Positions 35,201 through 48,007 of a stretch of 64,000 nucleotides of DNA are shown one piece after another. How positions within the stretch are numbered: position 1 is the stretch's first letter; the number at the start of each line of letters is the position of its first letter. The notes below the pieces were generated by a model that was not told the origin of the DNA, made no database searches, and saw only the letters and a list, made by a program, of their open reading frames with translations. Position numbers and translations under genes: made by a program. This DNA comes from Mobula hypostoma (Eukaryota), in contig NC_086118.1 of the NCBI RefSeq assembly GCF_963921235.1, positions 29,452,001 through 29,516,000 on the forward strand, written 5' to 3'.

Positions 35201-36555
35201 AAACATTTTGCCTTTGATTGGCACCTGTGTCTCATCTCTGAGTCAGATGGTTGCAAATTCCACTCCAGATGCTTAAGCACAAACTTAAGCACAGCTCTGA
35301 GAAAATAGAATTGGATTACGAGCTCTTTACAGGAATAATTGTGTAGAAACAATGCAACGAGCCCAACCCATTGTAGGAAATAATGCTGGGCATTAATTTC
35401 ACTATCAGTGCAGTTAATGTGTAAATTTTATAAAGATCACAGGAAGAGATTGTATTTGGAAATAACGACGAGGGATGGGTGTGAAACATATGTAACGACA
35501 ATTTATCTCATTTTAAAATGCACTTCTGTACCACTAGTTAACTGGTTGAAACATGTTTTTAAAGCGTAAATGTGCCAACGTGAGGGTGGATAAGGTCTCT
35601 TCAGTTTTTGCCATCGGGGGGGGGGTATATTCATTTAACTAGGTCACATCTGCACTGAGGCAACTGCAGTACTGAATATTGAAGTGTCAATATACATTTA
35701 ATAAATAGCTGCAGAGAAAACTAACTGAAACTTCAATTGTTGTTGTTATTATTACCTAACCCACTTTTTATTGACTGCGTTCACTGACTGTGATTTTTTT
35801 TCATGAGTCTGGCTCTTCAGTGAATGTTGCTGCTTTTATCTTGTCTTTGAAGAGGGCAGAACACGTGGATAATACACAAAATAACACATGGTTCTCAGCG
35901 GCATGATGATATTCATATGTGAGTGATGAGTAATGGATATAATTAAGAGCTTTTAGTAAGGATAAGGAGCAGAGACTATACGAGTTATTGTAGAGAAAGT
36001 GTGTCAGCAATTTTGTTAAAAGGAAGCAATGATGCAAAATGTAACATTGGTGGCTTACGATTCAGTGGTGCTTTAATGTACCGTAAGAGGACAAAAGAGA
36101 ACAATAATTAAATATTGTTGTCATAAAAAGTATGTCAGTGTGGCAGTGTCATTAACTCCAGTCAATAGTTTGCAACTGATCTCAGTTTCTGATGCCTAAT
36201 TTTAACATGTAAAAAATTATTCTTTCAAAACGCACATGGATTTGGATAATTTATGAGATCTATCATGTTTACAGGGTTTTGTAAGTCACAGACATTGAAT
36301 TACACTCTGGCATATTTGGTTGTTTAGGTGGCTGGGTTAATTTGTTTAACTAGTCATAGTATTATTAAGCATTGTAAACATTAAAGTTCTTGGCACTAAT
36401 AATAGTGACGGCAGAAAAGAGGGATGGCTGAAGGCATAGAAACTAGATACCAACGTTTTGCTTTTAGGTTGAGGAGATACTACTCATGACAGAATCTAGA
36501 GATTTTGTTGAAATCTAACTTACTGTCCAGTAATCTACATAAATGTGGCCATTCA

Positions 36556-37030
36556 CAAGGTGGAGGAGCAGCACCTCGTACTCTGTCCAGGTAGCCTCCA
36601 ACCTGATGGAATGAACATGGGTCTCTACTTCTAGTAATTTTTTTCTATTTCCCATTCTGGCATCTTACCTCTTCTCCTCACCTGCCTATCATCTTCCCCT
36701 GTTGTCAGTCCTTCTTCCCTTTCTCCCATGGTCCATTCCTCTTCTTCTCCAGCCCTTTGCCTTTTCCACCAATCACCTCCCAGCTTCTTACTTCATCCCC
36801 TGTCCCACCTACCTGGCTTCACCTATCACCTTCCAGCTTGTCCTCTTTTCCTTCACCCCATCTTTTTATTTGGCAATCTTCCCCCTTCCTTTCCAGTCCC
36901 AATGAAGGGTCTCAATCCGAAACACTGATTGTTTGTTCATTTCCACAGCTGCTGCCTTACCTGCTGATCTCCTCGCATGTTGTGTTGTGTTACTCTGGAT
37001 TTCCTGCATCTGCAAAATCTCTTGTGTTTA
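36556..37030 (+). mobile_element. Penelope-like element 3' end
   Basis: KVEEQHL...GSLQPDGMN end, pyrimidine spacer, degraded ccagtcccaatgaagggtctcaatccgaaacac, tail gcatctgcaaaatctcttgtgttt. Confidence 0.85.
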
Positions 37031-37389
37031 TAACATACATACATACCACATTTAATTGGAAATATATCAAAATTGTGAGAGTGAAACGGAAGCACATGCA
37101 GAGATGGCAGAGACTTTTAAGAAAAGTATTTAATTGTTGGGAACTGTGAGGGAAAAACACAGTTGGGAAGAAAGTAGAGTTACCTTGAATGAGGCCATAT
37201 CCAGTGAGCTGTGGAACAGAGTTTTACAGATGAGAGGAATATCAACAGGGAAATAAACACATTGAGAAAGGAACAGTGAGCAAAATAAGCAATAGAACAA
37301 TTTACATATTCAAATATTTCACAGCTTTATCAAAACAGTTGAACTAAAATTGAAGTGGAGCTGGGCATGTGACAGTTTGATTATTAGAG

Positions 37390-38310
37390 CATAAGACCAT
37401 AAGACCATAAGATATAGGAGCAGAAGTAGGCCATTCAGCCCATCGAGTCTGCTCCACCGTTCAATCATGGGCTGATCTACTTCATCCAGTAATCCCCACT
37501 CCCCTGCTTTCACCCCATACCCTCTGATGCCCTGGCTAATCAAGAACCTATCTATCTCTGCCTTAAATACACCCAATAACTTGGCCTCCACAGCCACTGT
37601 GGCAACAAATTCCACAGACTTACCACCCTCTGATTAAAGTAATTCCTCCACATCTCAGTTCTAAAAGGACGTCCTTCAATCCTGAAGTCATGCCCTCTTG
37701 TCCTAGAATCCCCTACCATGGGAAATAACTTTGCCATATCTAATCTGTTCAGGCCTTTTGACATTTGGAATGTTTCTATGAGATCCCCCCTCATTCTCCT
37801 GAACTCCAGGGAATACAGTCCAAGAGCTGCCAGACGTTCCTCATATGGTAACCCTTTCATTCCTGGAATCATTCTCGTGAATCTTCTCTGAACCCTCTCC
37901 AATGTCAGTATATCCTTTCTAAGATAAGGAGCCGAAAACTGCACACAATACTCCAAGTATGGTCTCACGAGTGCCTTATAGAGCCTCAACATCACATCCC
38001 AGCTCTTATATTGCATACCTCTAGAAATGAATGCCAACATTGCATTCGCTTTCTTCACAACTGACTCAACCTGCAGGTTAATCTTTAGGGTATCTTGGAC
38101 AAGGACTCCCAGGTCTCTTTGCATTTCTGCATTTTGAATTCTCTCCCCATCTAAATAATAGTCTACCCATTTATTTCTTCCACCAAATGCATGACTATGT
38201 ACTTTCCAACATTGTATTTCATTTGCCACTTCTTTGCCCATTTCCGTAAACTATCTAAGTCTCTCTAGAGACTCTCTGTTTCCTCAACACTACCCACTCC
38301 TCCACCTATA
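37390..38310 (-). mobile_element. CR1 LINE 3' fragment
   Basis: RDLGVLV...KKANAMLAFISRG...LYKALVRPYLEYCVQF...RRMRGDLIETF; (cttatggt)n tail. Confidence 0.95.
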
Positions 38311-40839
38311 CTAAATACTAAACAATATCAATACTAAACATTTTAAGACTGATGATAAATCTGAAGGTAAGGGTGTTATACATTAACCTCATTTGTTGAC
38401 ATAATACTAATGACAATAAATTTTAAACGATATAGTTATCCTACACAATCCACATTGATTGGAATATTAAGGATTTTGCAATGTCTGACTAAGGTTGTGA
38501 TAAGTGCTAGAGGAGTTCAAATCTGGATTATCCCAAAGACAAAATCAAATGTTTTGCTATTCAACTCTTTGGGAGCAAATACATACATAGCAGACAGGAA
38601 ATGCAAAAGCCCTGGCCAAAGATAACCCCACCCAATTTAATAAATAGTCAATGTGAGTTCACAAATGTAACTCTTGAAACCTATGCGTAACCAGTGCAGT
38701 GACTGGTGTACGTTGACGCAACAGGAAATCGAATACATTTCAGTTTAGTGAAAGATAGTACATGGGTGGGGTTGCTCTCACAGCCGCAGGCCAAGAAGCA
38801 ATACAACAACACAGCAGTAGAACAGTTAAATTCTAACAGCCGCTGAAACAAGCAGACAGAGGTCTATGAATGAAGTGCTACCATCCAGATCAGTCGGTGC
38901 AGCATACTTGAATATGTATGGTTTTGGCAGGTGTATTTTGATGGTGCTACAAAGACTTGTGTACATGACACACACCTGGCTATGCAGAAATGGGGAAGCA
39001 AGACTTGTTAAAAAGGAGGAATATTTAGTAAGAGAGCTTCTAAAACAAGTATTAAATAAAACATCTTTTAAATCCATTTCTAAAGTAAACAAAATGAAAA
39101 TGGGTAATGCACTGCCTATTGGTAATAGTTGCATTTATAAATCTAGCAGCAATTATCTATTTTGTGCTCGATATTATTGCCTCCATAGTTACTGCTTACA
39201 ATCATTAGTCACCCACTTTATTATTATCTTAATTAACTGCAGAAACTTGAAATTTGCGTTTGGTTATGATTACAAAGAGCGAAGCAACTGCATTTGCTCT
39301 TCAAATAAACAGTGGTGCACATGACACACAAGCTCATGTGCACAAACATGCAACTAGAATGGATCTTTAGCCAATGTGTATCAACAATCTTATCTTCCCA
39401 AAGATCGGAGAGCAGGCAGTCCATGACGCAGGCCTTCATTATGCTTTGTCACATTCAACATAGTTGTTTATTCATAACGAATTCAGATTAAATCAGAGAC
39501 CATGGAAGCTCCAGGCTGAAATTTGCTGAGTTTGGTTCATTTTCTCAGAGTTGCAATTCATGCTTAACTGTGTTTCTGGGCCGGAAAACTCAATTGCATT
39601 CATTACATTAGAAATTCCGCAATAAGTATTTTGCTGTAGAGATCAAAGGATATTGTGCATCATTGGGTCTGAGGAAAGGAAGAGTTAAATTGAACCCTTT
39701 TATGATTATCACAATGGATAAGGCTGAACGTTCCATTTATCTTGTTCCATGGTGCTTCAAAAATTAATTCTGTTGGCTCTAGCCATAAGTAAATATGTAT
39801 TGTGACAATGAGGGCTATAATTAGACCTGCATGATCAGCTGGGGGAAAAAACCCAATGATAGTGTATTTCTTTCAGTTTTGTGAGGTGCTTTTTGATGTG
39901 TTTCAAAGCTGAGGCCATTAAACAGTTTATTTCTCTCTGTCACCTGTGAACAGGTTCAACACTAATGTTATTTATCCTCCTGCAGAAACAGCTTCTAATC
40001 CACTCCATTAGTGAAGGTACAAGACTTTTCCATTGCTTATTTGAGAAGGGTTGGAAAATTCACAGAATAATTATAAGGGATGAAGACCACCTGACCCATC
40101 CTACCTCATCCAGTCTGCAGACCTTATTGTGAAACTGTAAGGGGTTTCACCTTAACAATCCTACCTGGAATGATCTAGTGTGGTGCATTAACTGTTGATA
40201 GTAGCATTGTAAATTCATGCTGCACCATGCCTCAGAATGATAGTATATATGAACAGAAGTCTACCTTTAAGAAGAGCATGGTATATCGTTGCTGTTTCTG
40301 ATTCTGATTGGACTCAGACTCCGATTCTGTTCTGAGTTGAATTGTGATTTCCTTCGACAAGGTATATTTTGTTGGTGGTTCTATTCAGAATCTGAATCAG
40401 GTTTATTATCATGACTTACATGGTGGAGGAAGTGTTGTTCTTTGGCTGCAGTACAGTGCTTGACTTGAGGATCCACACCAAAGGACCAGATTGATGAGTC
40501 TGGGGTGTTGCAACTTGATTGGGGAGCAAAGCAGTATCAAATCCGAGGTAATAAAGAATGGGGCTCTACTGTATTTATCTATGACAGTGTAATCTAATGT
40601 TTAATTATCTGTATGTAGGTACTTGAGGGTACAATTTATTATCTATAGCTAATGGGTTTGTTGATTTTTGTTATTGATGAAGCGGATTCAGATAGAGATT
40701 AGTCTGTTGTCATATTCACCAGGGGGCAATAAAATGCATTTTTCGCATGAAACTCACGGAAGAATTAGTCTACATGATAATAATAAACAGAACAGTGGGT
40801 GCAGGAAGCTGAATGATGCAAAGATCGTAGTGCAATCCA

Positions 40840-42085
40840 AAGTAGAGCAAATATAAATCTTGGAGCAGCTGTCCTGGGCCCAAGACATTGATGCAACATC
40901 AAGGGAGTCAGTACTTCTTCACTAAGAATTGGAGGAAGTTCGATATGTCACCAAGGGTTCTTACAAATCTATAGCATTCTGACTGGTTGCATCACATCCA
41001 GGCATGGAGCCTCCGAGCCACAGGATCACAAGAAGCTGAAGAAGGCTACAGGCTCAGCCAACTCCATTACCGGCACAACCCTTCCCACTGACAAGAGCAT
41101 CTTTAAAAGGCAGGGCCTCAAGAAGGCACCACTCTCATTAAGGGTGCTCACCATCTGGGAAACTCCCTCTTCTCAGAGAAGAACAGGAATCTGAAGATCA
41201 ATACTGAACATTTTAAGAACAGATTCTTCCCTTCACCATCAGATTTTGGATGGTCCATGAACATTACCTTGTTTTTCATCTTTTTCACCTTTGATTTAAT
41301 TTAGTAACTTACAGTGATTTGTATTGTATCCCTTGCACTATTCTGATACCGCAAAACAACTTATGTCAGTGATCATAAATTTGATTCTGATTGTAAAGTA
41401 ACAACACTGAGAGAGATAGAATCAAGAGTCTGAGAACATGGCAGTACCTCCAGGAAAGGAATATGAAAGAGGAGATTGGTTCAGAGTTTTTATAACAACG
41501 GTAAAGAAGCTGTTCTTGAGTCTGGTTAGACAGGCTTTCAAGATCCTGTATCTTCTCCCAGAAGATAAAAAAAGAGAAAAGAGTTGCCAGGCATCCTTGA
41601 TGATACTATTAGGCCTCCTGAAGGAAAACACCATGACGATGGACTGAATGGAGGAAGTGATGAGCTTGTAATGGACTGGGCAGTGTTACACTCTGTGCAG
41701 TCTCTGTTGATCCACAGCAAAACAGATGCCATATCAGGCTGAGATGCAACCTGACAGGGTATTTTTCATACTATATCCCATCTGTAAAAAGTCAATAGAA
41801 TCCTTGTAGACAAGCCAAACCTTCTTACATGTCTTAGAAAGTATGTACTTTTTTGATCACTGCACCAGTATGGAGGGACCAGATGCATTTGCTAATGATA
41901 TGGATGTCTATACACGCGAAGCTGTTGACCGTCTCTGCAGCAGCTCCATTAATGAGGACAAGGTTGCGTCTAGCAATCAACAACTGGCTCTTTTGTCTTG
42001 CTGATGTTAAGGACTAGCTTGTTGTTCTGACACTATGACACACGGTTCATGATCTCTTTCCTGTACTCGATCTCATCACAATGAT
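40840..42085. mobile_element. Degraded Rex1/Babar fragments (+ ~40840-41392; - ~41420-42085)
   Basis: Rex1 C-terminal motifs (caggatcacaagaagctg, agattcttcccttcaccatcag; LSSGRRYRILK...RLKNSFF). Confidence 0.7.
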
Positions 42086-42299
42086 TTTATGATCTCCTGA
42101 AGGATTCAGCAAATTTGACTTTTAGGAAAGCTTTTAGGCAGCTTGAAGCGAGTGAAGTTTGTGCATCATTGTAAGTAAAAGCACAAGGGTGGTCTTCAAG
42201 CCAATGTGCTAAGGCCCAAAGAGCAGAAAACAAACTGATGTTCAGACCCACTATTCCACACCAGCCAAGGTCACTCACCTGAGCCTGTTCTGTCTGCAT

Positions 42300-43245
42300 T
42301 CAGAATCAGAATTAAGTTTATTATCACCGGCATGTGTCGTGAAATTTGTTAACTTAGCAGTAGCAGTACAATGCAATACATAATATAGAAGGAAAATAAG
42401 TAAATCAATTAATCAATCCATCAATTTCAGTATATGTATATTAGAGATTAAAAAGCATGCAAAAACAGAAATAATATATATTGAAAAAGTGAGGTAGTGT
42501 TCACGGATTCAATGTCTAATTAGCAATCGGATGGCAGAGGGGAAGAAGCTGTTCCTGAATTGCTCCGTGAGTGCCTTCAAGCTTCTGAACATCCTACCTG
42601 ATGGTAACAATGAGAAGAGGGCATGCCCTGGGTGCTGGGGGTCCTTAGTAATAGACACTGCCTTTCTGAGACACCGCGCCTTGAAGATGTCCTAGATACT
42701 TTGTAGGCTAGTACCCAAGGTGGAGCCGACTAAATTTTCGACTCTCTGCAGCTTCTTTCGGTCCTGTGAAGTAGCCCCAACCCCCTCCATACCAGACAGT
42801 GATGCAGCCTGACATACTACTCTCCACAGTACATCTATAGAAGTTTTTGAGTGTTTTTGTTGGCATACTGATGCACTATCAATTACTCCAAAAGACTGGA
42901 AGTACAGTAAATACTGAAAGGCTTTTATTAACAGTAAATGGAGCAACATCCATGCTGAGTATCTGTCCTGGACTGAGGGAAGAGCAGTGGCACAATTGCC
43001 TTTATTCAGGGGTCTGTGGGAGGAGCCACAGGAGCAGTCAGCAGAAGGGCGTGTCCAGACAGGTAACCCAGTTACAACATATATATATATATGGTTTACC
43101 ACACATACCAAATTTCTTCAAACTCCTAATGAAGTACAGTCACTGTCTTGCCTTCTTTATAGCTGCATTGATATGTTGGGACCAGGTTAGGTCCTCAGAG
43201 ATCTTGACATCCAGGAATGTGAATCTACTCACTCTCTCCACTTCC
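42300..43245 (-). mobile_element. Rex1/Babar LINE 3' fragment, interrupted by a solo LTR
   Basis: QDRKKLQRV motif and cagaatcagaattaagtttatt tail. Confidence 0.85.
42869..43103 (-). mobile_element. Short solo LTR (235 bp)
   Basis: TG...CA termini, 5-bp TSD CATAC (42864-42868, 43104-43108), minus-strand AATAAA. Confidence 0.85.
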
Positions 43246-43700
43246 CATCCACCTCCCCTTTGTGCTATTACGATTGGCCAGATGGTGCAGGATGTTTGGG
43301 TCCCACACCACCAGGTTCAGGAACAGTTATTGCCATGGATTTTCTTCATTGGCCCCTGTGCTGAACTGACTCTGCAGCCTGTGGACTTGGTTTTGGGGTC
43401 TCTGCAGTTCATGTTCTCAGTACTGTTTGTTTATTTTTTTATTATTTGCATAATTGGTCCTCTTTTTGCACGTTGGATGTTGGTTGGCCTTTGTTTGTCC
43501 TGGATTCTATTATATTTCTTTATTTTCTGGAGGGTGCTGACAAGAAAATGAATCTCAAGGTTTTATATGGTATACATTCTTGGATAATGATTTACTTTGA
43601 AGTTTGAACATTGTTGTTCAGGTCTATAACACTGGTGAGTTTAAAGATCGAGTTAGGACTGTATCTAGCCGCACAGTCCTGGTTTACGAAGAGTAGAGCA

Positions 43701-43932
43701 CGTGGTGTTGGGCAGGTGGCCAAGTGGTTAAGGCGCTCGTCTAGTGATCTGAAGGTCGCTAGTTCGAGCCTCAGCTGTGGCAGCGTGCTTGTGTCCTTGA
43801 GCAAGGGACTTAACCACACATTGCTCTAGTGTCTGTGCAAGGAGTGGCACCCTACACCGACTTCCAATCTGTGCTTTGTAAGGCATGAAAATGCCCGACG
43901 CAGGCCTCTCATGGTCTGAGTCGACGTTCCCC
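43701..43932 (+). mobile_element. tRNA-derived CORE-like SINE
   Basis: A box TGGCCAAGTGG, B box AGTTCGAGCC, core gtgtccttgagcaagggacttaacc; 6-bp TSD agagca; head shared with 62157-62467. Confidence 0.8.
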
Positions 43933-44424
43933 AGAGCAGGGACTAAGCATAGAACCCTGGGGTGCTGTGACCAATTGTAATCAACTGAGGTCTGCCACTC
44001 AGAAAATCAAGGAGCCAATTGCAGATTTGGGCCTGAAGGCCAAGTCTGAAGAGTTTAGACATGAGTTTATTAGGTATTCTGATATTGAAGGCTGAGTTGT
44101 AATCAATAAATAACATCCTGACATATGCATTCTAATTGTCGAGATGATTCAGAACTGAATATAGTTCAAGGGAGATGATATCTTCTATTCTCTAGATTTA
44201 GTTTTCCTGCATGCAAATTACAAGGAATCTTGACTGTCTGGGAGGCTGGTGTTGATGTAGGTCATTACCAGTTTCTCAAATGATTTCATTTCAAAGCAGT
44301 TAGCTTAAATGAAAATGACTGTAACTTTAAGACTATGATGTGGTTTGACTTTTGATCCTTTGAACCTCTAGGCATGACTGTTAAATGCTCTGCCTGTAAT
44401 AAAAAATGCTTTATTATTTTGTTG

Positions 44425-45270
44425 GAGACACAAGGGACATTAGATAGTGGAAATCTGGAGCAACATACAAAATGCTGGAGGAACACAGCAGGTCAGGCAG
44501 CATCTATGAAAGGAAAATGGGCAATTGATGTTTCAGATCAAGATCCTTCATCAGGGCTGGAAAGAAGGAGAGATGGCCACTAGAAAAAGGTGGAGGGAAA
44601 GGTCAGGAGCAAGAGCTGGCAGGTGATAGATCTAGGAGAAGCGGGTGTTAGGAGTTTGAGGAGGGTTAGTTTGTCACCTAAAGCACTTGAAAACTTCTAC
44701 AGATGTACCCTGGGGAGCATTCTGACAGGCTGCATCGCCGTCTGGTATGGGTTGGGAGGGGGGCTACTGTACAAGAGTGAAAGAAGCTACAGAAAGTTGT
44801 AAAATTAGTCATCTCCATCATGGATACTAACCACTGTAGTATCCAAGACAACCTCAGGAAGGTGGCATCCATGTTTAAGGACCCAGGATATGCAGTCTTC
44901 TCATTATTACCACCAGGAATGAGGTACAAATGCATGAAGGCACACACTCAATGATTCAGGAACAGCTTCTTCCCCTCTGCCATCTGATTTCTAAATAGAC
45001 ATTGAACCCATGAACACTACCTCACATTTTTTTATTATTTCTCTTTTTGCATTACCGTTTTTAATTTAACTATTTAATATACACATATATACATGCTGTA
45101 ATTCACTTATTTAATTTTTATGTGTTCATTATATATTGTATTGCTGCTGCTGCTGCTAAGTTAACAATTTTCATGACACATGCCTGTGATGTTAAACCTG
45201 ATTCTGATAGGCAGGAGAGGGAGAGTTAGAATTGGAATGAAGTAAGAAGCTGAGAGGTAATAGGAGGTGA
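44425..45270. mobile_element. Penelope terminal repeat (-) interrupted by a Rex1 3' fragment (+, ~44645-45208)
   Basis: PLE end with rc ctgatgaaggatcttgatctgaaacatc; Rex1 LENFYRCTLGSILTGCIAVWYG and tail aaacctgattctga; PLE purine spacer resumes at ~45209. Confidence 0.8.
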
Positions 45271-45747
45271 TATATTTGTTTCTTGTCTTTGTAGGCAATA
45301 ACATCAAAGTGTCTACATTGGTGATGCCTGACCAATATTTCCTTTGTCCATTTTAAATTATCACCTTATTCTAATGTTAATCGTGCACCATGTATTTTTT
45401 ACAGGAGCTTGCACCAGTTTTGCAGTGCGTGCCTTACCCCAATAAATCAAAAACATTTGGACTGAGTTCCTGAAGTTGGAGTAATCCTTGACTTAGCTGT
45501 GTGCTTCTGGGTGAGATGCTGGATGAAAACTGTAAATTGAAATCTTTGCTCTCCCAATGTATATCTGCATTTCTGTCTCTTTTTGTTGTCGAATGAATGC
45601 TGATCAGTAGCCACAATATTCTCATTAAAGTGTCTTTTTGACAAAATGTTACAAGTATTTTGGCTTCCATTCAGCATTAATCAGTGATTTGATTATATTT
45701 GATCTGGGAGGTGGCCAGAATTGACAGATTGACAAAGCTGTGCACAC

Positions 45748-45782
45748 CGCCTCCCCCTAGTGGCCTAATGTAATTCCTGCAC
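45748..45782 (-). promoter_or_regulatory. Candidate CTCF binding site with upstream (ZF9-11) motif
   Basis: Minus strand GTGCAG-GAATTACATT-AGGCCACTAGGGGGAGGCG: core resembles TGGCCACCAGGGGGCGC, with TGCAG at the expected spacing; non-repetitive context. Confidence 0.55.
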
Positions 45783-47479
45783 AGGATTATTTGCTCGGTT
45801 CAGACAAGAATCGCTTAAACAAAAGGGAAGACAACATGGGCACAGAAAGGGAATAGGAAATGGAGAATGTGTCAATTATTTGTTGTAACCAACATCGCAC
45901 CCTTCTCTTTTTGCCTCTGCTTCTGCTCTGTAGCAGACGGGAAGGGCTGTGTCTGCATTATTGTCAGGTTGTGGGTGATGCAGTGGACAGCAGCATGTGG
46001 CAACCATCACTAGTCAGTTCCTTCCAAACGCAGAGGATCCTTGTTGGGAAGAATTGCTTCCCACGAAGGTCCTCCACTCAGGGAACCAGGCTCAATGGAA
46101 CATATGCTCATATTTCCTGTCAAGTTGTACATCCAAATTAACATCTTCGAAAGTCAACATGAACAGAATTAAACATCAGTCCAATGTAAAGGTGCAACTT
46201 TAGCCTCACTTGTCCCTCAAGTCCTCTGAAACTCCAGCATCTTCTAAAGTTAAAACACCAACTCACTTTCGACTCAATCCTTGCTCTCAGATTTGACCTG
46301 GAAGATAATTGCTGTGTATTTTATATTAGCTAAGTTCAGATTTTACTGTGGCCATTGTGGGATGTGAATGTGTGTCCATGGATTTATTAATCAGTAAAGA
46401 GAGCATTTATCAGATGGTGTGTCTCTGGGAAAAAAAAACTACAAAATAATTTAAAGTTTGAAGTAAGTGTTAAAATGTTTGCTCTGCAAAGTCAAAATAA
46501 CTGCTGTCTTAAATGAAATGCTAATTCCTTTTTGCTTCATTGATGCTGCCTGACTTTCAGGATACTTCCAGCCTAATCTGTTAAGCAACAACAATAGCAA
46601 AATATGTTTAAATGGAATCTTTACCATACTAGAATGTGTAATAGCACCTCACAGTCAGGAAGTCAAATCTGGAACCTTCAATAACTTGCTACTGCAATTT
46701 TCCTTCTCACTCCCTTTCTGACCTCTCTTGCATTGTTGCATTGTTTAGAAAAAAATCACAATTAGGACAGACGTAGGTCATACAGTTCCTTTACTCAACA
46801 AAATGCTGACTGATCTATTCCTGGTCTCCATCCAACCTGTTTGACAGTTAACACAATTCTACACAATTTTAAAAAAGCGTAACAAGTTTGCTGGAAGAAA
46901 TGTGAAAACATCTATCCCTCTTGGATGAGCAATTTGGAAGGTCATTTCTATGAGAACCATCTAAATACTTCAACATTGCTTTAAATATTAAATTCCTCAA
47001 CCAAGGACAGTTGTCAATGCCAACACATTGCAAAATAAATTAGGTCACACCACTGTCGTCTTCAGCGCATTCTTCTATGAAAGCAGCTCATTAAGGTTAT
47101 GCATTAGAGGCTGATTTTCACCACCTATTACTTTTACATGAAGCCCTATCCTCTTTTATCAAAGAAAACACAGAAGATGAATACCATTTCAATTTCTTTT
47201 AAAAGCAGAACAAAAGTGATTATATCACCAGACTGAGGAACATTACATAAGTGATGATAATTTGCATGCATTTGCTTGATTTTTTCCTTATTTTGTGGTT
47301 AATTAGCCAGGATATTTTAATTGGAAACCCTTATATGAATTTGGGGGTTTGTGTGCATGATGGCTTTGCATACAACTTTAATAAAACATTTATCATATGT
47401 GTCTCATTTTGTGATAATGTACCATGATTGAAAAACAAACCTAACAGGTGGTAGAAACAAATTAATATAGAGTAACACA

Positions 47480-48007
47480 CACTCAGTGGCCATTTTATTA
47501 GGTACACCTGTACACATGCTCGTTAATGCAAATATCTAATCAGCCAATCATGTGGCAGCAACTAAAAGCATGTGGACATAGCCAAGAGGATCAGCTGTTC
47601 AGAATGTGGAAGAGATGTGACTTAAGTGACTGAACTTGAATGATTGTTGATGTCAGACAGAATAGTTTGATATTCTGATCTCCTGGAATTTTCACACACA
47701 ATAGATCTTAGAGTTTACAGAGAACTGTGTGAAAAACAACAAGAAAAAACACCTTGTGAGCAATACTTCTGAGGATGAAATCCCTTTGTTAATGAGAGAA
47801 GTCAAAGGAAAATCTCCAGACTGGTTTAAGCTGACAGGAAGGTGACAGTAACTCAAAATAACCACGTGTTACAACAGCGGTGTGCAGAAGAACATCTCTG
47901 AATGCACAATATGACAAACCTTGAAGTGGATATGGGCTACAGTGGTAGAAGACCACAAATGTACACTCAGTGACCTACGAGGTACCTAATAAAATGGCCA
48001 CTGGGTG
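47480..48007 (+). mobile_element. Non-autonomous Tc1/mariner element, sister of 15016-15566
   Basis: TIRs cactcagtggccattttattaggtac and gtacctaataaaatggccactgggtg-TA; remnant ADRKVTVTQITT...KNISE of the transposase DNA-binding region. Confidence 0.9.

Noticed and set aside
38826..39324. 152-aa and 102-aa ORFs in unique sequence
   Set aside because: No domain-like features or splice structure that I can support.
42847..43551. 234-aa ORF
   Set aside because: It runs across a solo LTR, antisense Rex1 and other repeat pieces; a chance chimeric frame.
43701..43790. tRNA gene candidate (also 54740-54822, 62160-62230, 10220-10290)
   Set aside because: A and B boxes are present but there is no complete cloverleaf; the three longer copies continue into SINE bodies, two with TSDs.
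45438..45529. Possible minus-strand exon (ttacag...GG|GTAAGG) encoding FSSSISPRSTQLSQGLLQLQELSPNVFDLL
   Set aside because: Weak polypyrimidine tract, no recognisable protein and no partner exons; needs RNA-seq.
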